DNA from: a virus
Lineage: Duplodnaviria; Caudoviricetes
IMG/VR virus record: IMGVR_UViG_3300028364_000013
Reading direction: 5' to 3' (one strand)
DNA length: 64,000 nucleotides
In this document: one piece after another, positions 5,792-14,425 of the stretch
How the letters are laid out: each line of letters opens with the position of its first letter
How positions within the stretch are numbered: the first letter of the stretch is position 1
Position numbers and translations under genes: made by a program
Notes under the pieces: generated by a model
Database searches by the model: none
The model's input: the letters and a program-made list of their open reading frames with translations, nothing else
What the model was told of the DNA's origin: nothing

Positions 5792-6288
5792 TCTGGATAC
5801 TCCTCATTTCCAAACATTATGTGCTCACCAATGAACTCTCCAGCTCCATACTTAACTCTGTCATCAATTAAATAATGCCCCATGTAGTGACCTTTATGGA
5901 AGGATAGGTCCATTTTCTTATAGAAGGTAGGGAAATGTTCTTCAACCCACTTTCTCTTATCAGAGAAACAACTTATATTCCCCCAAGATGGTGCAGACAC
6001 AAAACATAACTCATATTTACCTGAGTTTTCAAGTATCTCAATCGCCTCTTTTGCTCCTGGATATAGAGGCAGGTCTTTATAAAAACCTTTAATATGCCTG
6101 TATTCACTCCTGTCAGCAAACTCTCTAAATGTAAGTCCCATTTTTTTAGCCTCTTCTGTTGCTTTAGGAACAAAATCTGCAACAACACCATCCATATCAA
6201 TCCATACCATCTCTTTTCCACCATGCACTTTTGTTAGTGCATCCATGATTTCTTCAACAGTCTCTTTACTTAAATAACTTTTAATCAT
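5761..6288 (-). CDS. 5'(3')-deoxyribonucleotidase (NT5C, HAD family)
   Basis: WIDMDGVVADF motif I, SAPSW, K..W, LIDDR. Confidence 0.85.
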   Translation of the reverse strand: MIKSYLSKETVEEIMDALTKVHGGKEMVWIDMDGVVADFVPKATEEAKKMGLTFREFADRSEYRHIKGFYKDLPLYPGAKEAIEILENSGKYELCFVSAPSWGNISCFSDKRKWVEEHFPTFYKKMDLSFHKGHYMGHYLIDDRVKYGAGEFIGEHIMFGNEEYPDWDAVLKRLL

Positions 6289-6291
6289 ATC

Positions 6292-6861
6292 TTATATATT
6301 ACAATCTTCACACATCTCTGAAATAAACTCCGTTCTGTGCAATAAATCAGTTCCGCATGATTTGCAATAACCAAGCCCGTTCTTACCATTACTTTTAACT
6401 CCAGCTTTTTCAAGCAAATACTCTGTTACTTGCTTCCAGGTTTTAAATTTCCCTTGATGTCCGAACCTCATGAATTCTCCTCTAAACTTTGTTTGTCCAT
6501 GAATGTCCCAGTCATCAATAAGGTAATCACCTTCTTCTCCAATTCTCTCTTTCTTTGGAACCAAGTTTAAATTCTCAAGAGCCTCAAAGCCAACGTTATC
6601 CCTAACCCAGACCGCTTTTTCTGTATAAGAACCAAGATTGTAAACAGAAGGCCTTGTGCAGAACGCCATATCATAATGCTCTCCAAGAACTTTCCAAGCT
6701 TCTAAAAAACCTGGCATTGGCTCCATACTTGAGAAGAAGCCTATAATTGATTGAGGGTATTGATAATCTGGATACTTAGCTTTATATTTATTCAACTGCT
6801 TACTGAATTGGACCGCTGTATCATCCATGTCTATGTATACTGTTGGTTTTCCGTCTACCAT
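6292..6861 (-). CDS. 5'(3')-deoxyribonucleotidase paralog with C-terminal CxxC-CxxC
   Basis: YIDMDDT, EKAVWV, LIDD; tail CKSCG...CEDC. Confidence 0.8.
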   Translation of the reverse strand: MVDGKPTVYIDMDDTAVQFSKQLNKYKAKYPDYQYPQSIIGFFSSMEPMPGFLEAWKVLGEHYDMAFCTRPSVYNLGSYTEKAVWVRDNVGFEALENLNLVPKKERIGEEGDYLIDDWDIHGQTKFRGEFMRFGHQGKFKTWKQVTEYLLEKAGVKSNGKNGLGYCKSCGTDLLHRTEFISEMCEDCNI

Positions 6862-6883
6862 ATCTATTCTCTTTTTTATAAAT

Positions 6884-6907
6884 TATCACATTCCAATCTC
6901 CACCAGC
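6884..6907 (-). repeat. Remnant duplicate of a macrodomain coding segment (AGGDWNVI)
   Basis: GCT GGT GGA GAT TGG AAT GTG ATA vs GCG GGT GGT GAT TTT TAT GTT ATA (AGGDFYVI) at 7759-7782. Confidence 0.6.
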
Positions 6908-6956
6908 AAATATAATAAAAAATTTTAACTATTTATAATAAAAAACAAATTAAATT

Positions 6957-7670
6957 ATGGGAAATATAGGGATTTACAAAATTACAAACAAATTAAATAA
7001 AAAAATATACATAGGAAGTTCTATGAATATAAAAGCAAGAATATCTAAACACAAATCGCAATTAAGAAATAACAAACACAAAAACAGTCATCTACAAAAC
7101 TCATGGAATAAATACGGAGAAGATAATTTTAAATTTGAAGTCGTAGAAACTGTTGATAGTTTTGAGTTACTATTAGAAAGAGAGCAATTCTATTTAGATA
7201 ACACAAAAAACAAATATAACATACTTAGCAAAGCATACGCAAGTTATGGCTACAAGCACTCTGAAAAAACAAAAAAACTTTTAAGCGAGCTTGGAAAGAT
7301 GAAAACTGGAGATAAAAACCCATTTTATGGCAAAACTCCTTCAAAAGAATCAATAGAAATAATTAGAAATATAGGAAAATCTCAAACTGGAGATAAAAAC
7401 CCATTTTATGGCAAGCACCACACCAAGGAGTCTAAAGAAAAAATGTCAAATTCTCTTAAAGGAAGAAAAATGCCTGAATCATTTTTAGATAAACAAAAAG
7501 GAAACACAAGGGGAGCTAAAGAATTTTCAGTCACAACACCAAGCGGTACTATGTTTACTATTGTAAATTTAACAAAATTTTGCAAAGAAAACGACCTTAA
7601 CCCAAGAAACGCAATTGCAGCTGTAGCTGCTGATAGAAAATACAAGGGATATTATTTTAAGAGAATTTAG
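6957..7670 (+). CDS. GIY-YIG homing endonuclease with NUMOD3 repeats (Seg-like)
   Basis: GIYKITN...YIGSS...R...H; two KTGDKNPFYGK repeats; TATTTATA at 6930-6937. Confidence 0.9.
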   Translation: MGNIGIYKITNKLNKKIYIGSSMNIKARISKHKSQLRNNKHKNSHLQNSWNKYGEDNFKFEVVETVDSFELLLEREQFYLDNTKNKYNILSKAYASYGYKHSEKTKKLLSELGKMKTGDKNPFYGKTPSKESIEIIRNIGKSQTGDKNPFYGKHHTKESKEKMSNSLKGRKMPESFLDKQKGNTRGAKEFSVTTPSGTMFTIVNLTKFCKENDLNPRNAIAAVAADRKYKGYYFKRI

Positions 7671-8148
7671 ATTTATATTTTTCTATATTTTTAAAGTCAT
7701 TTTCCCACACCACAATAGTCACATCTTCATTAAGTAGTTCTTCTGATATTATTTTTTCTATAACATAAAAATCACCACCCGCAAGCCCAGAGCCTATAAG
7801 AGGTAAGCCAATTTTCTTTCCAGAAAATTCAGACTTCATCGCTTTCATACACCCTCTAATTGCATCATAATCAGCATTTATGTTTCTACCTTTGTAGTCC
7901 CACTGAGTGTACATGTTTAGAATTGTGATATTATCATTAGACCATTGAGTATAAGTTCCAAGCTTACCTTTATCTGCAAAAGCAGAAGCTTTATCTGCAG
8001 AATAAGCCTGTGGATACTTTCGCTTGACTGTAAGGGCGATACCCGCTCCAAAAACACAATAACAATTACAGCCATGTGCTATTACGTCAAAATCTCTTTC
8101 CGCATCTCTTACAAGGTCTCCTTTTGTATATTTAATTTCATGCTCCAT
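7657..8148 (-). CDS. Macrodomain ADP-ribose-binding/hydrolase protein
   Basis: KGDL...IAHGCNC...GAGIA...P.IGSGLAGGD; likely start MEHEIK at 8148. Confidence 0.85.
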   Translation of the reverse strand: MEHEIKYTKGDLVRDAERDFDVIAHGCNCYCVFGAGIALTVKRKYPQAYSADKASAFADKGKLGTYTQWSNDNITILNMYTQWDYKGRNINADYDAIRGCMKAMKSEFSGKKIGLPLIGSGLAGGDFYVIEKIISEELLNEDVTIVVWENDFKNIEKYKSKFS

Positions 8149-8202
8149 AAGCACAAATGTAAACAAAAAAAAGCGAATCATCTAATAATTCGCTTTCTAA
8201 TT

Positions 8203-8853
8203 TTAAAACAACCTACGCTGCTTGTGTTTAATTGTTATCTCTCCATAAAGTAGAGCATCACTCTTATCTCCGCAATCTCCATAATCAAAATCTCTAAAGG
8301 CTTTAATTTCAGTCACCTCACACTCTGGTATTAATATAGTCTTAACTGTAACTCCAGTTGGGTCAAGAATATGAATTTTAACTTCTCCAACTTTAGGAGA
8401 CCCTTCGAGTTCTTTAAGTTTTTCACAAATATCAATTTCAGCATTAGGAAACAGCATCAAAACTCTAAAAGAAGAATAATCATCTTTTATAATCTTTTTT
8501 GAATGGGCTAATTTTTTTTCAGAGTGAACATCTGTTCCAACATATTTATACGACTGAAAGAAATAAGGTGGTATGCCTGGAAATTCTACTTTAAATCTAT
8601 TTTTTCTATAAGGCTCATACTCAGGCACTGGCTCAAATAATCTTGTTCCCTTTTTTTTATCATCTTCAAACTTAAAGTATTTTACTTCTGGCTCTTCATC
8701 TGGACCTTCTGTGAAAGGTTTTTTCCCTTTAGTCCAATTTATTTTACCAGTATCTGAACTTTGATGTATTCTTCTAAATTCCCCTTCTTTTCCTTCTTCT
8801 GGTTTCATAAATGTTTTATTAAACCACTCTTTTACTTTATCTACTCTTTTCAT
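8203..8853 (-). CDS. Tail-tube (T4 gp19-like) related protein with N-terminal extension
   Basis: YEPYRKNRFKVEFPGIP...ILDPTG...FDYG pattern typical of contractile tail tube proteins. Confidence 0.5.
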   Translation of the reverse strand: MKRVDKVKEWFNKTFMKPEEGKEGEFRRIHQSSDTGKINWTKGKKPFTEGPDEEPEVKYFKFEDDKKKGTRLFEPVPEYEPYRKNRFKVEFPGIPPYFFQSYKYVGTDVHSEKKLAHSKKIIKDDYSSFRVLMLFPNAEIDICEKLKELEGSPKVGEVKIHILDPTGVTVKTILIPECEVTEIKAFRDFDYGDCGDKSDALLYGEITIKHKQRRLF

Positions 8854-8928
8854 AATATGATGTTTTTTAATTATAAGCATGTTGTACCGCTTTTTTAATA
8901 ACTATTTATTAAAAAAAATAGTAGACTT

Positions 8929-9195
8929 ATGAAAAACAAAAAAGACTTTTTAGACGGAGACCATTCTTTCAAGAAATGGTTTTCAATAATGTGGAAAAAC
9001 GGTTACATATTCTTGTTTTTTTGCTTTTTAGCAATAACAATAGTGGGAGCATTTTTCTCTGAACGATTTGAATTTGACCCAGAAGAAAATTGGAACTGGT
9101 TTATGGCTGGATTTGGCGTTCTTGGCATGAGCCTTATTGCTTATAAGGGATTTTGGCAATTCTGGAACGACCTTAAAAACGGAAGAAGCAGATAA
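8929..9195 (+). CDS. Two-TM membrane protein
   Basis: Two hydrophobic helices; TATTTATT at 8903-8910. Confidence 0.65.
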   Translation: MKNKKDFLDGDHSFKKWFSIMWKNGYIFLFFCFLAITIVGAFFSERFEFDPEENWNWFMAGFGVLGMSLIAYKGFWQFWNDLKNGRSR

Positions 9196-9218
9196 CAAAA
9201 CAAATAACAAAACATAAT

Positions 9219-9632
9219 ATGAAAAGACAACAAAACATCATATATAGAATGCTTGCTTACATAGGCGAATCTGTATATGACAAGAAAGGTGGAAAGGTTT
9301 CATCTACAAGAATGGCATCTTATTTTATACTTGGAGGTATATTGACATCAATGCTTCTCCTTGTTGGAATAGAGCTCATTAATGCTATTATTATGTGGAA
9401 GCAAGGGCTTGGGTATGTTATACCAGGAGAACACATAACAATATTTGGTATGGTCCTGGCTCATCACCTTACTCTTCTTGGTATTAACAAATATGCAGAA
9501 AGAAAAGTGGATGTTGCTACACAAGACAAACTTAGGTCTCATAACCAAATTAACCCAAGAGACATACCCACAGAAGTTCCTGACTCTCCAAAAGATATAG
9601 AGGAAGGTCCAAGCGACTCTAATATGGAATAA
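9219..9632 (+). CDS. Two-TM membrane protein (possible holin-like)
   Basis: KVSSTR followed by two TM segments and a charged C-terminal tail. Confidence 0.55.
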   Translation: MKRQQNIIYRMLAYIGESVYDKKGGKVSSTRMASYFILGGILTSMLLLVGIELINAIIMWKQGLGYVIPGEHITIFGMVLAHHLTLLGINKYAERKVDVATQDKLRSHNQINPRDIPTEVPDSPKDIEEGPSDSNME

Positions 9633-9635
9633 ATT

Positions 9636-9666
9636 AAAAAGACTCGAATTATCGAGTCTTTTTTTT
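9636..9666. terminator. Bidirectional intrinsic terminator
   Basis: AAAAAGACTCGA-ATTA-TCGAGTCTTTTT between convergent genes. Confidence 0.8.
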
Positions 9667-9840
9667 GTCTTGTAGGTAAGTGTTGTTTTCTAAAATTAGA
9701 AACATGTTTTCGGTATTCTGACAATGCTCTAAAAACATCTTCCTGTCATCAAAAGATAGTGAAAAAAACTCTCCCTGAAGCTCTCTTCCATCTTCGTCCT
9801 CTTGTGATATTGTAAATATGAAACAAAAATACAAAATCAT
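9649..9840 (-). CDS. Small hypothetical protein (63 aa)
   Basis: ATG with upstream TAAATTTG element; fills an otherwise empty gap. Confidence 0.45.
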   Translation of the reverse strand: MILYFCFIFTISQEDEDGRELQGEFFSLSFDDRKMFLEHCQNTENMFLILENNTYLQDKKKTR

Positions 9841-10003
9841 AATTGATAAATCAAATTTATTTTAAAGTTTTTTATTTTTTTTTAAAAACCCAGACAGCCA
9901 GGGCGTTTGCGGCAATATAGGATTTGTTAAAAAAATTTTAACCAAATTGGAAAGCTCCAGAAAAATGCTTACTATTTATAATAAGAATCTAAAAAAACAA
10001 TAT

Positions 10004-10279
10004 ATGTCAGAAGAAGAAAAAAACTCAGAAAACTCAGAAAACGAAGAGTTAATGCAAGAGCGAGAGTCAGATGGTGGAAGCGCTATGGAATTAGGTTATT
10101 TAACAACCGCAATTCTTGACTATTATGAAACAACAGCAACTGAAGGATTTGATGAAGGAGAAGGTTGGAAGGCTGGAAGCGAGCATGACAAAAGAAAAAA
10201 AGGAGTAGAAATTCCTGCTGATTTAAACGCAGAAATAAAAAAAGCCTTTATAGTTCAAATTAAAAAATTTCAAAAGTAA
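10004..10279 (+). CDS. Acidic hypothetical protein
   Basis: ATG at 10004 downstream of TATTTATA (9973-9980). Confidence 0.6.
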   Translation: MSEEEKNSENSENEELMQERESDGGSAMELGYLTTAILDYYETTATEGFDEGEGWKAGSEHDKRKKGVEIPADLNAEIKKAFIVQIKKFQK

Positions 10280-10282
10280 AAT

Positions 10283-11110
10283 ATGTTTGAGGACAATAAC
10301 CTATGGTTTTTCTTATTCGCTGTAGTACCAGCAATATTATACTCTCTGTTCATTTATCACAGAGCGCCAAAGGGTGTTGTTAAAAAAAGACCAATGTGGA
10401 GTTACATAATTATTGGACTCTTGTCTATTCAAATACTCAAAACTATTCATTTCTTATTCCCTCACATTCACAAACACATTGAATACCACGCAGTCGCACA
10501 CGACCTTGGTGGGGGTAGACTTATATTATCAGAAGAACCTACTATATGGGCAATATTTGTATTTGCATTCTTCCAGGTTGCATTCTTTGAAGAAATATCT
10601 AAGTGGTTTGCATTCAGAGTAGGTAATGCAGTAAGAGGAGATACCAGAGATGGTAGAGATTCAGCATTTGCTGTAATGTTCTATTCTGTTATGATTGCAG
10701 TAGGATTCGCAGTATTCGAAAACATTCACTACGTTAGCAGAGTTCTTTGGGGTGACCTTCAAGGAGTTGACCCGAACGAGATGTTAATGATTAGGTCAAT
10801 CAACTCAGTTGTGGTACACATGCTTAGCGGTCTATTTATGGGATACTTCATCGCTCTTGGTAGAAGATGTAAGAATATATTCAAACATGCAGGATATACG
10901 ATGCTGGGACTATTAGCGGCCACTCTATTTCATGGACTCTATGACTTCAATCTTATGAAAGGGGTTACTGATGCAGATTTTGTAAGCATCTTAGGTCTTG
11001 ACTTCCATATTGTTAACAACATTATGATTATAGGAGCTCTTATTGTTTCTTGGTTCATGGGAAAACATCTTCTAAAAGTTGACTACAACAACAAAGGTTT
11101 ATTGAGGTAA
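10283..11110 (+). CDS. prsW: PrsW-family intramembrane metalloprotease
   Basis: FFEEISKW, GFAVFENIHY, HMLSGLFMGY, HGLYDF motifs; multiple TM segments. Confidence 0.85.
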   Translation: MFEDNNLWFFLFAVVPAILYSLFIYHRAPKGVVKKRPMWSYIIIGLLSIQILKTIHFLFPHIHKHIEYHAVAHDLGGGRLILSEEPTIWAIFVFAFFQVAFFEEISKWFAFRVGNAVRGDTRDGRDSAFAVMFYSVMIAVGFAVFENIHYVSRVLWGDLQGVDPNEMLMIRSINSVVVHMLSGLFMGYFIALGRRCKNIFKHAGYTMLGLLAATLFHGLYDFNLMKGVTDADFVSILGLDFHIVNNIMIIGALIVSWFMGKHLLKVDYNNKGLLR

Positions 11111-11632
11111 CAATAGAGCGCCACTCTTAATCAAAGCTGGCAATTCATCAAACAAACAATTTAGCAAATCAAACAAGCTTAATTTAGCGTTTGATTTTAT
11201 TGATGCGCCTTCGCTAATAAATTCTATGCTTTCATCAATATAAACAGGAAGTCCTGAAATGTTTTTGATGCCATCTCCAGCTGCAGTTTTAACAAACTCA
11301 ATCTCTGGAGTCATATACACAAACTCTTTATCGTCTTCTAACTCAATTCTAAATTTCTTATAGACTCTAATTGCTTTATACTCTATTGGTAACTGTGTTG
11401 CTGATACAAGCGCTCTAACAACTTCGTATTCTTCAGAAAAAACGCTCCTAACCAAACCTTTGGCATCATAGAAAAAGTGAATTAAATCAGCGCAAGTTAT
11501 ACTCTCTCCAAGCTCTACATCCAACATAAGTATGCTTGAAAGAAATTCTGACTTGTCTTCTAATTTAGACAAGTCAGCAAGTTCTCCTCCAATAGATACT
11601 CTGCCTCCAGAATCTATTTTTAACATTCTCAT
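11099..11632 (-). CDS. Hypothetical protein coupled to the Clp ATPase gene
   Basis: ATGA overlap with the Clp gene stop. Confidence 0.7.
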   Translation of the reverse strand: MRMLKIDSGGRVSIGGELADLSKLEDKSEFLSSILMLDVELGESITCADLIHFFYDAKGLVRSVFSEEYEVVRALVSATQLPIEYKAIRVYKKFRIELEDDKEFVYMTPEIEFVKTAAGDGIKNISGLPVYIDESIEFISEGASIKSNAKLSLFDLLNCLFDELPALIKSGALLLPQ

Positions 11633-13644
11633 GATTTAGCTACTATTTTATTATTCTTCTTATCGAATGATAACTTAATTTTAGTTCCCTCAGGAAGATT
11701 GTCGTTAAGAATAGCTTTTGCAATCACATTCTCCACGTTTTGAGTAATAGCTCTCTTAAGAGGTCTTGCTCCATATTCTCTATCGTAACCTATCTCTACC
11801 AAATAATCCTTAGCAGCTTTAGCGATAGTGATTTCGTAACCTTTTTCTGAGATTCTATCAATTGTTTTCTTGATTTCAAGCTCTACGATTTTAGCAATAT
11901 CTTCTTCGCTAAGAGGGTTGAATACAATTTTTTCATCAATTCTATTTATCAACTCTGGTCTAAGGTGTTTTTTAAGTTCAATACCAACTATTTCAGCAAT
12001 ATTTGCATGCTCATCATTGTTAACTCCAAAACCAAGAGTTTTCTTGCCCATTATCTTATCAGTACCAATATTTGATGTCATGATGATAATAGTGTTCTTA
12101 AAATTAATTTCTCTTCCTGTAGCATCAGTTAAAATACCATCATCAAGAATTTGAAGGAAGATGTTAAAAATATCTGGATGCGCCTTTTCAATCTCATCAA
12201 AAAGCAAAATAGAGTATGGCTTGTTTTTAACAGCCTCAGTAAGTATACCTCTATCTTCGTGACCTACATATCCTGGAGGTGAACCAATAAGTTTAGTTAC
12301 ATTGAATTTCTCCATGTACTCACTCATATCAAATCTAATAAACGCATCTTCGCTGTCAAACATAAAATTAGACAATTGCTTCGCTAAGTGTGTTTTACCA
12401 ACACCTGTTGAACCTAATAATAAAAATGATGCAATTGGCTTATTAGGGTCTTGAATACCCAACCTCGAACGTTGTATTGCTTCGCAAACTTTTTCAACTG
12501 CTTCATTTTGACCAATAACTGTTTTTTCAAGATAGCTCTTCATGTTGATTAATCTCTCGTTTTCATTATCTGTCATCTTTGTAATAGGAACTCCAACGTG
12601 ATTAGCGATTACTTCTGCGACATCCTGAACGGTTACAACCACTCTTGTTTCTCTAAGCTTTTCTTCCCACTTAATAGTTTCTTCTTCTATCTTCACGAGC
12701 ATTGCTCTCTCTTTGTCTCTAAACTTTGCTGCATCTTCGTATTTTTGACTCTTTGCAGCATCGCTCTTCTTTTCCTGGATTCCTTCAAGCTCTTTTTCAA
12801 GTTTCTTGATTCCTTCTGGAACTGGCGTGTTATTCAACTTAACTCTTGAACCTACTTCGTCCAATGCGTCAATAGCTTTATCTGGAAAGTTTCTGTAATT
12901 AACATACCTATCAGTAAATTCAACACACTTCTCAAGAACTTCATCAGAATAAATCACATTGTGATAATTCTCATACCTTTCTCTAAGCTGCTTTAGAATC
13001 TGTAAAGTCTCTTCTGGCGAAGGGATGTCTACATAAATTTTTTGAAATCTTCTTTCAAGAGCGGAATCGCTCTCAATAATCTTCTTGTACTCATCAACCG
13101 TTGTAGCACCGATTACCTTAATCTCACCTCTGGCAAGCGCTGGCTTGATGATGTTTGATGCATCCATAGAGCCAGATGCTCCACCTGCTCCAACTACATT
13201 ATGAAGCTCATCAATGAATATAATTACATCTGGACTTCCTTTTACTTCTTTTAAAAGGTCTTCCATGCGTTGCTCAAATTCGCCTCTATATTTAGTTCCA
13301 GATACAAGTGAGGTAAAATTAATCTCAACTATTCTTTTGTTAAAAAGCCATCTATCAACTTGCTTGTTAGCGATTCTTAAAGCAAGACCTTCTGCGATAG
13401 CAGTTTTACCAACTCCAGCCTCTCCTACAAGTACAGGGTTATTTTTCTTTCTCTTATTGAGGATTTGAACTAACTTGTCAACCTCTGCATCTCTACCAAC
13501 AACAGGGTCAAGTCCACCTTTAGTGGCCAACGCTGTTAAATCCTTTCCATAATGGTCAAGGATTGGAGTTTTGCTCTTACTATTCTTTTTGATTCTATCT
13601 GTATTAGAATCATCGTCTTCTGGTCCAAAAGCTCTTCTGTCCAT
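11629..13644 (-). CDS. clpC: ClpC-like AAA+ unfoldase lacking the N-terminal repeat domain
   Basis: GEAGVGKT and GSTGVGKT Walker A motifs, FIDELH, LLFDEIEKAH, UVR-like coil QKYEDAAKFRDKE, YGARPLKR. Confidence 0.9.
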   Translation of the reverse strand: MDRRAFGPEDDDSNTDRIKKNSKSKTPILDHYGKDLTALATKGGLDPVVGRDAEVDKLVQILNKRKKNNPVLVGEAGVGKTAIAEGLALRIANKQVDRWLFNKRIVEINFTSLVSGTKYRGEFEQRMEDLLKEVKGSPDVIIFIDELHNVVGAGGASGSMDASNIIKPALARGEIKVIGATTVDEYKKIIESDSALERRFQKIYVDIPSPEETLQILKQLRERYENYHNVIYSDEVLEKCVEFTDRYVNYRNFPDKAIDALDEVGSRVKLNNTPVPEGIKKLEKELEGIQEKKSDAAKSQKYEDAAKFRDKERAMLVKIEEETIKWEEKLRETRVVVTVQDVAEVIANHVGVPITKMTDNENERLINMKSYLEKTVIGQNEAVEKVCEAIQRSRLGIQDPNKPIASFLLLGSTGVGKTHLAKQLSNFMFDSEDAFIRFDMSEYMEKFNVTKLIGSPPGYVGHEDRGILTEAVKNKPYSILLFDEIEKAHPDIFNIFLQILDDGILTDATGREINFKNTIIIMTSNIGTDKIMGKKTLGFGVNNDEHANIAEIVGIELKKHLRPELINRIDEKIVFNPLSEEDIAKIVELEIKKTIDRISEKGYEITIAKAAKDYLVEIGYDREYGARPLKRAITQNVENVIAKAILNDNLPEGTKIKLSFDKKNNKIVAKS

Positions 13645-13729
13645 AATTATCTCTTTAAATGTTTGTAAAATTTAAGAATTTTAATCCAAAAAACCAAGAG
13701 AAAACAAAAGGTTCTGTATATTTTTTAAA

Positions 13730-13933
13730 TTACTCCTTTAACCTTTTATATACCAGCTCTATAAAGATTATCTTTTCATTATCTTTTAGAGCACCTATAG
13801 ATTGTACATCGTATTTTTCTGTTGGATATGTTCTTCTGATTTTGTCCCAAAAGAATTCGAAACCTTTTTTCTCTATCTCATTTGTAGTAATTGAGATTAC
13901 CACCTTTTCCATCGTTTTTAATACTAAATCCAT
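13730..13933 (-). CDS. Small hypothetical protein
   Basis: ORF in gene-dense minus-strand run. Confidence 0.5.
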   Translation of the reverse strand: MDLVLKTMEKVVISITTNEIEKKGFEFFWDKIRRTYPTEKYDVQSIGALKDNEKIIFIELVYKRLKE

Positions 13934-14002
13934 AATTTCTAAGTTTCCTATAAATAATCAGAAGAAACCAATAAATCACTGTATAAGCAAACTAAAAAAT
14001 GG

Positions 14003-14350
14003 CTAAACTCCTAAATTTGAATAAAATTGATGATTTTCTTTCAAATTGTTGATAACTATTTCTGCTATGTCGAGAATATTAAAGAGACTTCTCTTTGCTT
14101 TTTCCACATAAATACCTTTAACAAATTCCTCCATTGGAAATCCGTATAGGTCATTGTTTTCAGAAACTTCATCCCAATTCATCAAATAATCTTCTTTAGT
14201 GTCTATTTCCTCTGGAAGCCTTACGATGTCATCTTTCTTGTGATAAGGAAAACTATTGTGACCACCAACTACCGAATGAGATGGGTGTTCCTGCTGCATC
14301 GCCTCATGCAACGCTCGCCTTATTTCTTCTCTTATTTCTTTTTCTTCCAT
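14003..14350 (-). CDS. Hypothetical protein with N-terminal 'IREEIRRALHEA' motif
   Basis: TATTTATA at 14357-14364 immediately upstream. Confidence 0.65.
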   Translation of the reverse strand: MEEKEIREEIRRALHEAMQQEHPSHSVVGGHNSFPYHKKDDIVRLPEEIDTKEDYLMNWDEVSENNDLYGFPMEEFVKGIYVEKAKRSLFNILDIAEIVINNLKENHQFYSNLGV

Positions 14351-14368
14351 TACCTATATAAATATGGC

Positions 14369-14400
14369 AAAAAAAAAAGGTAGACACATTGCCTACCTTT
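14369..14400 (-). terminator. Intrinsic terminator
   Basis: AAAGGTAG/CTACCTTT stem with a long U-tract on the minus strand. Confidence 0.7.
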
Positions 14401-14425
14401 AATATTTTTAAACTAAAACTATTTC

